Source: Chiloscyllium plagiosum (taxonomy: Eukaryota). From it: 29,613 nt of DNA. A program made the position numbers and the translations under genes. The notes under the pieces are model-generated. The model ran no database searches. It was not told where the DNA came from and saw only the letters and a list, made by a program, of their open reading frames with translations. The DNA is taken from positions 86,535,286 through 86,564,898 of the forward strand of contig NC_057719.1 in NCBI RefSeq assembly GCF_004010195.1. The letters run 5' to 3'. Shown in pieces: positions 11,401 to 23,400 of this stretch (its first letter is position 1; each line of letters starts with the position of its first letter).

Positions 11401-14400
11401 TATCTTCTAAGTTAAAAATCACACAACACCAGGTTATAGTCCAACAGGTGTATTTGGAAGTACAAGCTTTCGGAGCACTGCAGTGCTCCTTCGCTAGCTG
11501 ACCCCAGTCCAACTGGTACCTTCACATCTTCCAGCAAATTTTGTATCCAAGTGACTAGTTCTCCCTGTATTACATGTGATCTAACCTTGTTAACCAGTCT
11601 ACCGTGCAGACCGTGGTCCAATGTGTTGCTGAAGTCTATATAGACAACATCCACTGCTCTGTCTTCACCAATGCTTTTCATCACTTCTTCAAAAAATTCA
11701 CTAGTTAGTGAGATATAATTTCCCTTCCTTAACAAGATATTGTTGCCTGATGATCTTGTATTGTGCAGTGTTTTGTTATGATGTATTTTCTGTTCTGTTT
11801 GAGAGATTTTCCTTGTTTTATTTAGCATGTACTGGAGCTCTCCCTCTATGATGCCAATGTTAAAGGGACAAAACATCTATCGACCGTAGCCATTGATATT
11901 GGAAAAATTGAACATGGTAGCGATTTGAAGACTACTGTAGACCTGAAGGTGAAGTATCTGTTTTGCTGTGATAGAATTATGTCCCGCACATGTCCCTTTT
12001 TCTCTACATATTAAGGGAAAGTAGTGTGTGCTGTAAATGTTTTTAAAAGGAACACAGCCAACAGAGTTTATGTTTATAAAAGGGGAACCCAGCTTGTCAT
12101 AGGACTGTATTATGACAGAAGATTGCCTATGCAACTACAATAGCTACACTTCAAAAGTAAGGTTCTGAAATACTGTGAGGACATGTAAGGTCTGTGCAAA
12201 TGCACATTGCTTCTCACTTGAGACTTGTTCTGATAATCATATTATGCCAGAACTCAGGAAAGAAATAGCAATTACTCCCATTTCCTGGTTTGTGGGCCTT
12301 CTTTCAAGCACTGATTTTCTTTTGCCATAATACCACACAGACTAGGACCAGGAGTAGACCATTTGGTCCATCAAGGCTGCTTCACCATTGAGTAGGATCA
12401 TGGCTGATCCAACATTGCTAATATCCATTTGCCTGTGTTTTCCCTGTAACCCTTGAATCTCTGCTTGATCAAGAATCTACATATCTCACCCTTAAATATA
12501 CACAATGACTCTGCCCCCACAGCTGTCTGAGAGTCACCAAAGACTCTCAACTGCCTGAGAGAAGACATTCCTCCTCATCTCAATTTTAAATTAGGCCCTT
12601 TTATTCCAAGACTATGTCATCAAGTCTTAGACTCACCCACAAGGGAAAACACCTTCCCAGCATTTTGCGTGTCAAACCCCTTTAGAAACTGATATCTTTC
12701 AATGAGATCACCCTTCAATTCTTCTTGGCTACAGTGAGTAATATTCCAACTATTTAGCCTTTGTTCATAAGACAATCCTTCCACATCAGGAATCATCCTC
12801 TGAACTGCCTCCAATTAAATAATGTCTTCTCTTAAATAAACTGCTCACAGTACTCCAGATGTAGTCTCACCAGCAGCTTGTACGGTTGCAAAGTGAACAA
12901 CTTTGCATTTTCTCATATACTTTATGTGCCAGCGTTTTGTCCATTTACTTAACCTTCAATATATCTCTGTATGTTTCCCTGTTCAACTATCAAGGTTGTA
13001 ATATAGCTAGGGGTAGAAGGAGTCAAAAGTGGGCAATCCTCACACAACTTTTGAATGATCATGAGTTAGGTGCCACAGGATCTTCGTACCATGACTTGAT
13101 CTTTATCAAAATGATTTTATGTTAATGAGTATTTATTAATGCTCAATACACTGTTGACTTGATCATTGCTTTTCAAACCATGAAATGGAATTTCACCTTT
13201 CGTCTAGTTAATGTCACCCCACACACTAAGTTTCCAGCTCTGGTGAGTTGTTGGCCTTGGATGGGCAGTATTGTGGATTTACGAGAATGATATCTGAATT
13301 CCAATGATTAAATTGCAAAGATGAGTTTCGTAAGATAGGGTTATATTTCCTGGAATATAAAAGTTGGAGCATAGGTAAATGCGCAGCTGTGAGTAACTAA
13401 ATACTGTAGTCTATTCCTGTTTCCTGCGTTCCTCATTTACATTTTTCTCGATCATGATTACTGAGGCCAGTCCTAGTGCTGGTATTCAAGAAATGTCTTT
13501 TAAAAGTGATTAGATTAGATTAGATTACAGTGTGGAAACAGGCCCTTCGGCCCAACAAGTCCACATCGACCCGCCGAAGCGAAACCCACCCATACCCCTA
13601 CATTTACCCCTTACCTAACACTACGGGCAATTTAGTATGGCCAATTCACCTGACCCTGCACTTCTTTGGATGGTGGGAGGAAACCGGAGCACCCGGAGGA
13701 AACCCACGCAGACACGGGGAGAACGTGCAAACTCCACACAGTCAGTCGCCTGAGGCGGGAATTGAACCCGGGTCTCTGGCGCTGTGAGGCAGCAGTGCTA
13801 ACCACTGTGCCACCGTGCCGCCCAAAGTAGTATGAAGTCAAAGACAATCTGATTGCTAGATTTCCCTGCATCTCAGCTCAATGCACCATTAAAAACTGAA
13901 AGCAATAAATGAGCAATGGAATCTCATTACATTTAATCTGTTCCTTTTAGGATGACGAACAACTGGAAGTGGAGTTTCATTTGGCAAAATCGTGAGTGTT
14001 GAAATTATGGTGTATCAGGATTTTGAGGATAGGAAAGATGTCTTTCAATAGTATTGTCATTTTTGTAACCACTTCTTTTCAAAGCCTTTTGCTGTGGGTA
14101 CCAACATTCAGCCATGTGATTTTTAACAAGCGGCTGATTATTTTGAACAGAGTAAGTTATAGACTGACTGGTTTATGCACTAGTTCAACTTTTGCCATCT
14201 TCTATATCTATATATTTGAGAAATTGCACAGGTATCATTTTCACAAAAGAGGACAAATCATATCAGACCTATTATCACCTTATCAAACCTCTTCTAATTA
14301 CTAGCATAGTGGTAGAAGTATCATTGAGCGATGCATAGCCTGCTTACTGATGCTCAGATCAGATTTCACCAAAGCCACTGGACCACCAACTTGTCACAGA

Positions 14401-17400
14401 CTTGATCTTGATATGAGTGCAGGAGCTGACGCCAGCTGTACAAGTAAGCAGCAAAGCACTGTATACAGCACCCAGGAACCTGCTATACTGAGGTAAACAA
14501 GAGTCAGGAGAAAGCCCTGAAACTAAACTCAACCAAGTCAAAGTCATTCGTTACTCTAATGTTACAAAGCATAATCGTTGATCTGAGGCTTGGAAGAGTT
14601 TTAGAAATTTACAAAAGGTGACCAAAAATAAAAAAAACAGAAGAAATAGAGTCTGAGAGTAAACCAGCTAGGAATACAAAATCAGCTTGTAATAGCCTTT
14701 ATGAATTTATGAAAAGAGACATAATGAGAGTACATGTTGGTCTCTTAGAAACAGGCGAAGAAAAGTTTTTCATGGAAAATGATGTAGTAGTAAAGATGCT
14801 GGACAAATATTTTGCACGTACCTCCATTATATGAGGACATAAATTATATACCAGAAATAGCAAATGGCCAAAGGGGCTGTTCCTTAATAGTAAACAGAAG
14901 ATAACTAATAGAAAAAAAGTATGAGAGGAAACTTAAGAGACTAAGTTCCCAAATATTCAAGATATGGTGTTGTACAACCTAGGGTTCTAAATGGGGTAGT
15001 TGCAGAGTTACTGGTTAAGATCTTTCAGTATTCCCTAATGTAACAGTGCTTCAGGAAAGAGGGGAGATAGAAAATAGTGAACTGAAGGTAGTTAACGTGA
15101 CTTGTGTTATCAGGAAACCAGAAATCATTACTAAGAAAGACTTAACAATACACTTAGACAATCATGTTATGATCAGAAAGAGTCTTATTGTTTTGTGAAA
15201 GTAATTTCAATTTTGAGAAATGTGTGCATGGACGTCATTGGGTACATTTGAGCCAGTAGATGTCATTGAATTATTACAGCATAGGAGAAAGCTATTTAGC
15301 CCATTATGTCTGCATTGGCTTTCCAAATGAGCAGTTCAATCACTGGTATTCTGTTGCATTTTTCCATAACCTTGCACATTCTTCCTTTTCAGTTAATTTC
15401 CTTTTGAAAACTTGAGTTGAACTTGTCTCTGTTGCAGTCTCAGGCAATCCACACATTAACCGCTCACTGAATGAAAGTGTTTTCCTCATCTCACCTTTAC
15501 TATTGCCAATTACTTTCAATATGAGCCATCTCACTTTTGATCCTTTCACAAGTGAGAAGTTTCTTCCTATCTACTATATTAAGATGCCTCATGATTTTGA
15601 ATACCTCTAATAAATCTCTTTTCAGTCTTTTCTTGAAGAAAATATGTAATATGCTTTGACTGCCAAAGGACATTTAAATAAGTTACCACACAATGGTTTA
15701 GTGTATAAGTCAGGGCTGATGGATTTGAGTGATGTACAAATATGGTGTAAGGATGAGTTAACGAACAAGAAGCAGAGAGTAGGAATAAATGGGCATTTTC
15801 ATTTGGCAGACTGTAACTAATGAAGTATCGTAAGAGTTGGTGCTGAGCCCTTATAATTAAATTACTTAGACAGAGTTGAGTGTAATTGATTCAGATTTGT
15901 TAATGGTATAAAGCTAACTAGGGACACAAGCCATGAGAAGGACTTGGAGATTGCAGTGAATGGATAACAATATGGAGTATAATGTGGAGAGTTGTGAGAT
16001 TTGTTAGTAAGAATAGAAAAGCAGAATAATTTTTTAACGGATGGGAAATTTTTAAATTAAGATGTTTAGAGAAACTTTGGTGTGCAAGTACCAAAAGATA
16101 ATGCTCATCTATCTCTCTGACTATGAATGGCTCTAGCATTGTGGAGTTTCACAAACTTCCTAAGGGGTTATTGTTGATCAGAGGCTTAACTGAATAAACC
16201 TCATCACTACTGTGGCTACAGAAGTGGGACAGACTGAGTATTGTGCAGTTGTTTCTTCTGGATCATATTATGTCACCACACCTGTCTCTCTAGAGTATTC
16301 TGATAGATAGTTGATTTCCTCATTATATAAAGATGTTAACAAGCAAGATTAGCAAATTATAAACATTTGACACAATCTAAAGATTATGCTTTAAATTTGA
16401 ATATCATTTCCACCTTTCAACAGCTGATCTCTTTTTCAACTATACCCAACAACGATCTCTACATCAGATTTCTGCTGCATTCCCTTTTACCATTGCTTAA
16501 ACATAGCCATAGTAAATATTTGATAAATCAGAATTAACAATATTGTAATTATTACAATATCCAAATTGATCTTTATCTGTGGATGTATATTCATATGACA
16601 ATTAAAGCCACACAGGGCCTTCCTCAGTGGCAGAGATAAGATGATGGCGTACTACGGCTATTGTTTTCTTCTCATCCTGGGAGAGAGGTTCCCCTGGGAG
16701 AGAGGTTCCCACTGTTAAGTTATTGATGTGATTTGATTTATTACTGTCATGTGTACTGAGATACAGCAAGAAGTGTTATCTTTAGTACTTTACAGGCATA
16801 ATGTACTACACAAATGCATCAGGGTAACATAACAGAGTGCAGGGTACAGTTACAGCTGCAGAGAGAGATGAACATTTATGAGATCCATTCAAAAGTTTGA
16901 TCGGGAAGAAGCTGTTCTTGAATCTGTTTGTATGTGTATTCAAACTGTTATATCTTCTGCCCAATGGAAGAAGGTATGAGAGTATAACTGGAGTGGGAGG
17001 TGTCTTTGATTATGTTGGCGGCTTACTCAATGCAGTGAGAAGCATAGATAAAGTCAGTGGATGAGGCTGGTTTGCATGATGGACCGGGCTGTGTTTAAAG
17101 CTCTCTGTAGTTTCTTCAGTCTTGGAAAGAGCAGTTGCCATACCATGCTGGGATGCTTCCTGTGGTGATTAGATTACTTACAGTGTGGAAACAGGCCCTT
17201 CGGCCCAACAAGTCCACACCCACCCGCCGAAGCGTAACCCACCCAGATCCATTCTCCTACATCTACCCCTTCACCTAACACTACGGGCAATTTAGCATGG
17301 CCAATTCGCCTAACCTGCACATTTTTTGAATTGTGGGAGGAAACCGGAGCACCCGGAGGAAACCCACGCCAACACGGGGAGAATATGCAAACTCCACACA

Positions 17401-20400
17401 GTCAGTCGCCTGAGGCGGGAATCGAACCCGGGTCTCTGGCGCTGTGGTGCATCTGTAAATGTTTGTAAGTGTCATTATGCACGTGCCAAATTTTCTTAGC
17501 CTTCTGAGGAAGTAAGGGCGTCATTGTGCTTTCCTGACTGCTTGTGAGTGGACCAGCACAGACTATTGGTGTTTGTCACTCCCAGGAAGTTGATGCTCTC
17601 AACCATTTCACCTCAGCACCATAGATGCAGACAGGGGCATTCTCTCCACTCTTCTTCAGTAGGGAGTGGATCTCCCTGTTCATACATGGTTTCCAGTTGG
17701 GGAATGTTCGAATTAACTTTTTCGGCACACAATCATCTACACACTAATGAAGTCTGTAACAGTAACGACATACTCATTTAGGTTGGCCACTGAGTTCTTG
17801 AATATGGACCAGTCCACTGACTAAGCAGTCCCATTGACACCTTTCTGTTTCCTCAGACTAACACTGTACTACTTTCTGTATTGGCTCCTCACGCTTCAGT
17901 TTCTGCTTATAAGTTAGGAGGAGGAGCGCAGTTTTGTGGTTTGATTTTTTTTGTTGCCTATCACATGCTAATTCCCACACCTTCAACGGAAAATATGTTG
18001 CTTTACGTTTGCCTTCTACATTTGATTATAATCTTTTATGTAAATCATAAGATACCGTCACCACTTTCATGTCAGTTAATTTTCACTTTCTCTGCCACAA
18101 ACAGGTAGAGGCTTACTAGGGTTCTCAACCATAACAATCATCATCTTCCCATGTTTATTCATCTGTAAGTATCAGATAGCAGCTGTTCTTATCTACAGTT
18201 CTTTAATGGATCTGATTCTTCCCCTTTGATGTGACTCAAACGTATCTTAACGTTCCCTAATTTAGATCTTTTCTGAGTCAACATTTTCTTTTTCAATCTA
18301 ACACGTGTTTCCTCATAATTCAAAATATTTCACCACTATTCCATGAAGATCATCTTCCAGGTTCATTTTTTGAATCTCCTGTTGGAATTACTCTAATTTT
18401 GTTTTTCAAACATTTTCAATTGATTGACATGCGAATACCAACCCAGTTTCTTAGTATTATTACAAAGGGAAGGTCGACACCCCTCTGATAGTTAAAACTG
18501 AAACACCCAGAGAAGCTCCCCCCTCACCTCGTAATCTGATAAAAGAAGTGTGAAAAGTGGTCTAACTTACCTCTTATACCTGATCTGTTATAAAGGAATG
18601 ATTAAATCAAATGGAATCCTTTCACCCACTCTAATTAACAAGTAACAATTTATTTATCTGACTCCAACAGTGAACAAATTAACAGAATTATTAACAAACC
18701 AAACAATCCCTCTCTAACCACCTATTCCTGAATAAAACAATATTCTATCCGTATACTGTTCCAATAACAAGTGTACAACTTATATAAAGTAATAAGAAAA
18801 TAATGAATTAAAACTTAGTCTCTGAAAGTTCACACAGAATGTGTCTTCTAGAATGTTCCTCTCTCCAGCCTTTCTCCTGCTGATCTCAAGTCACAAATGC
18901 CTTTCTTCTGTTGATCCTGCTGTCAGGGATGTTTTATCTGTGAATTCTTCTGTTAGGACCTTTAGCTAGAACTGACGTGGTATGTTTTATAGGTAGATGG
19001 TGCTTTTTTTTTAAGAGAGCGCGAAAATTTCTTTTAAGAGCCCAGTATTTATTTCTCAGATTGCGTGTTTGGGATGGCACTTGGCTCTCCCCTCTCTGAG
19101 CAACTGCCCCCATCTTTGTATCCCCTTTGACACATCAAATTCTTACAATGTGATTGGTTTCACCACCATGAGTTTTAAATTCAATTGACTTTGATTGCTG
19201 AATGCTTGGTTTAAATTATTTGGCTGAGCCCAGCTTGTTGCCAAAACATTAAAACAAGACCGCTGTTTTGTCTGCCAGCTGTAAGGCCTTTTGATACACT
19301 TGTTTCAGCTTTGGGGCTCTCTGTACTTTGGGGCTTGCAAACTTCTAGGCACAGTCTCTCAAAGGGATCATGCACAGTGTTTCAATTCAAGAGTATTCTA
19401 ACAAACTTTGTAACAGTATCTACCATCATTTTGTTTACTGAGGTTTTGTCCACTATAACTATTTGGCCCAGCATATTTTCAGGACAAAAAGATCAAGCTT
19501 GACTTATTGTCCCACATTTAATTATGCTTGTTTCGCCTCGCCATCAGTTTGTCCAGCGTCCATTCATTAATCTAGTATGCCTATATTCTCTTTTTTCAGC
19601 ACACTGATCTGCACTGTTTTGAGCACATATCAAACAGTTTTCCACATCATGTTTCACGTCCTTTGTTCTGTTTACTATAGCCTTCACTCCCTGATGTCCT
19701 TGCACATCATGGCACTGATAAATTATTTGATTTCTATCATGTTTTGGAACCATTCATTTACCTCCTTCATTATCAGTCTTTTGTCAGTCTGGTACCTCAG
19801 TTGGGCATTCTCCTTTCACAGTCTCTGTCAGCATTGGATCCACTGACTGAGCTTCCACCAAGTCCTCAACCTTAATTTGTGAGATGGCTGCAGTATCTAT
19901 TTAGCCTGTCTTTTCCCCTAGGTGTCTTCCCTTGTATAAAAGTGGATAAGTGGATTGTACATAGTTGCAGTCCTCGCTCCTTCCTTTGCTAATTCATCCA
20001 ATCTTCTGTTTCCCTTTATTTTTCGCAATGGGCCTTGATTTTCTTATGCCATATTTTTCACATTTTTCCTTTCTGCTTCAATTACTCTGTTTGCCAGTGG
20101 TGCAGATGAAAGAGGATTTCCATCTGGTGAGGCAAAACCTTTTGCTTTCCCAAGGGGTAAAAATTCTGTCTGACTGTTGCATACTGTCAGAATGCATGTT
20201 TAATGGTGGTAAATATCGATCAGGCTGGGAATGCAGCTGTTGGCAGTTCTGCTGCCTTTGCACTTGGAGGGTAATTTTAAAACAGTATCTTCCACTGTAT
20301 GTCCTTGTTAGTTCTCTATATGAATTCTTCATCCCATTAGACTGATGTCCTCCACTGTCGGGGATTGTGAACAAAACTTTTCAACACTTTTTTCTTATTT

Positions 20401-23400
20401 TGTCTCTGGTTGTTTTGATCCAAAAGGTCCTATAAGTGCTTTTGATGTCATCACCTGGCATTCACATGGTTCTCTGTGGTTGTCAAGGTTTGCAGTAGAA
20501 TGAGTAATAGATTTAGTCTTCAGGGCAGCACAGTGGCTCAGTGGTTAGCACTGTAGCCTCACAGCGCCAGGGACCTGGGTTCAATTCCAGCCTTGGGCGA
20601 CTGCCTGAATTGAGTTTGCACGTTCTTCCCATGCCTGCGTGGGTTTCCTTTGGATGTTCCGGTTTCCTACCCCAATCCAAAGATATGCAGGTCAAGTGGG
20701 TTGGCCATGCTAAATTGCACATTGTGTTAGGTGCATTAGTCAGAGGGAATTAGGTCTGAGTGGGTTACTCTCCGGAGGGTCAATGTGGACTTGTTGGGCC
20801 AAATGACCTGTCCTGAAAATGTGTTGCTGGAAAGGCGCAGCAGGTCAGGCAGCAACAAAGGAGCAGGAGAATCGATGTTTCAGGCATGAGCCCTTCTTCA
20901 GGAATGAGGAAAGTGTGCCAAGCAGGCTAAGATAAAAGGTAGGGAGGAGGGACTTGGGGGAGGGGCATTGGTAATGNNNNNNNNNNNNNNNNNNNNNNNN
21001 NNNNNNNNNNNNNNNNNNNNNNNNNNNNNNNNNNNNNNNNNNNNNNNNNNNNNNNNNNNNNNNNNNNNNNNNNNNNNNNNNNNNNNNNNNNNNNNNNNNN
21101 NNNNNNNNNNNNNNNNNNNNNNNNNNNNNNNNNNNNNNNNNNNNNNNNNNNNNNNNNNNNNNNNNNNNNNNNNNNNNNNNNNNNNNNNNNNNNNNNNNNN
21201 NNNNNNNNNNNNNNNNNNNNNNNNNNNNNNNNNNNNNNNNNNNNNNNNNNNNNNNNNNNNNNNNNNNNNNNNNNNNNNNNNNNNNNNNNNNNNNNNNNNN
21301 NNNNNNNNNNNNNNNNNNATGATGTGTGTGGAGGTGCAGGTGAATTTCTGACGGATATGGAAGGATCCCTTGGGGCCTTGGAGGGAATTAAGGGGGGAGG
21401 TGTGGGCGCAAGTTTTGCATTTCTTGCGGTTGCAGGGGAAGGTGCCGGGAGTGGAGGTTGGGTTGGTGGAGGGTGTGGACCTGACGAGGGAGTCATGGAG
21501 GGAGTGGTCTTTTCAGAACGCTGATAGGGAGGGGAAGGAAATATATCCCTGGTGGTAGGGTCCGTTTGGAGGTGGCGGAACTGATGACAGATGATACGAT
21601 GTATATGGAAGTTTGTCGGGTGGTAGGTGAGGACCACCTACCTGACCTGCACATCTTTGGATTGTGGGAGGAAACCAGAGCACCCGGAGGAAACCCACGC
21701 AGACACGGAGAGAATGTGCAAACTCCACACAGACAGTCACCCAAGGCTGGAATTGAACCTGGGTCCCTGGCACAGTGAGACAGCAGTTCTAACCACTGAG
21801 CCACTGTGCCACCCTCAAATGTTCATTGAATTTCCATCTGTAGCAAAAAGTCATCCACATACTACTCTGCATTCACACTGAGGTAAGGAACGCAGTCATT
21901 GTGCCAATCTCTGGTGAAAAATTGATGGAGAGTTGTGGAAACTTTGGGGAATGTTTGTCCAAGTGTATTGCTGCCTCTAGAGACTGAATGCAAACTTGTA
22001 CTGACATTGCCATTGCAGTGATATTTACCAGAATCCATTGCCGATGTCAAGAGTGGTAAACCATTTCAACTGAGGCGCTGTTTCATCATTGTTCTGTGGC
22101 TAGTGGTCACAGTTGAGGTAGTCAGAAGTGTGACATTGTTGAATTATGGACAGTGGATCATTAAGCACCATGATCCATCTGGTTTGCAGACTGGCCAAAT
22201 TGGAGAGTTAATGGTGAACACAACACACCTTGGAATGCCCTCCTGTAGCAGACTGTCAACACTTCCTCTGCCAGTTTGGGGAACGCATATTGTTTCTGGG
22301 AATCTGTCTTTCAAGCAAGATTTCTCCTCCATTTAGCCACAGTCAACAGCATGTTGTTTCTCAGTAGTCATTGTGCTGATTATCCAGGTGCCATAATTCT
22401 GCCGTAGCGCACATCCTGTTTCTATATTCCCCTTCTGGGACCATACCCAGTGCTACTCCTAAATTTGAAAGTATTTTCCACACTCGATACTTCACTTGAT
22501 CAAAGTACAATCTATTTCGCCTCATTATACCCATTTCTAAGCTATGTTGCATTGATGGGGTTAAGTCCACAACTATATAGACTCTATATATGTCACTGAG
22601 TATTATTTTATTCTGGGTATACCAAGAGGGATCACTCCCCCTCGCTCAGTTTAGAGTTGTTCAGGAGCTCCTGGTATCCCATGAGGATTTTGTCTGCTAC
22701 CTCTGGGTGGCCAAACAGATCCTATTCTCCCTCCTGTACCCATTCTGGTGAGACCTGACATGCGACTTCCCTCTAAGTCACTTGGGCAACCCACTAGTCA
22801 ATGGCATTTTTCACCACAATCCTTCTCCTCTGGCATCCCTTTCATCATTCTATAAGGAAGCCATAGGATGCTCAGGTTGGTACATCCTTGTAGCACCTCC
22901 TTGATATTGGGGTGTGGTCACACAGTACCCTGAAGGGGTTGCGGGTACGTGGGATGAGTTTGGGCTGGTGCGGCACCGGGCAGCATCAGTGGTGTCTGCG
23001 TTGGCAAAGTCCATCAGGCACTCAGTGGCAAGGACGTTGGTGAAGGCGATATGGTGCCAAGAGTGGTTACTTCTGTTCTAGCAGCGTGTGGAAGGGGACT
23101 CGTGCCTGGCGATCAGGCCCATTGCCCGTGACAGAGCACTTAATGGTTGAACGCTTCTTTTTTTTCTTTATTTTTCTGCATTTATTTTCTCTGGTCTAGT
23201 TTATTTTTCTGTGTTTTAGGATGGTGGCAGAGAGTGACGACACTATGCAATACTTTTTACATTATGTAATAAAATACACATGACAGATAAATGAAATCAA
23301 ACCAGTTAACCAAGGATTAAAAGTATTTTATTACAATATTAATGAGTAAGTAACAAAATACATAGAACTTATAAGCTGTAAAGAACACTGACCTGTAGGA

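Larger units (their letters stand above)
10164..11725 (-). mobile_element. CR1-clade LINE 3' part (RT to 3' tail), hosting two Penelope-derived inserts
   Basis: Translations FFEEVMKSIGEDRAVDVVYIDFS, VDRIVKAAFGMLAFIGQCIEYRSW, KLERVQTRFTR and TRRHRFK; 3' end catagagatgtacagcatggaaacagaccct. Confidence 0.92.
18390..22950 (-). mobile_element. Decayed endogenous retrovirus-like pro-pol (PR-RT-RNase H-IN), foamy-like or lokiretrovirus-like
   Basis: Minus-strand motifs in retroviral order: protease WDT(R)SS.TTLN (22673-22681), QKQYAFP (22278-22298), NSPIWPVCKPDGSW (from 22209), KWFTTLDIGNGFW (22028-22066), QYKFAFS..RQQYTWTNIPQSFHNSPSIFHQ, YVDDFLL (YVDD at 21850-21861), RNase H SAKAAEL (20244-20264) and GNRRLDELAKEGA, integrase H-DVQG-H...CLIC (about 19600-19750), KYAGP (about 19470) and WYSHVNQLK (about 18415-18441). 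Many stops, frameshifts and deletions. Confidence 0.88.

Noticed and set aside
11412..12134. Minus-strand ORFs of 154 aa and 85 aa as a nested gene
   Set aside because: They are a chimera of the antisense of the real exon, intron, CR1 RT and a Penelope-type insert.
13770..13823. tRNA gene calls at SINE heads (also 20523, 21814, 26099, 28517)
   Set aside because: The A and B boxes run straight into the V-domain with no acceptor stem or terminator. These are tRNA-derived SINE heads.
18458..19415. This LTR as the 3' LTR of the surrounding provirus
   Set aside because: It has its own TSD and interrupts the integrase reading frame.
20927..21637. 236-aa ORF, the longest in the track
   Set aside because: Inflated by 342 N; the real part is a frameshifted Penelope fragment.
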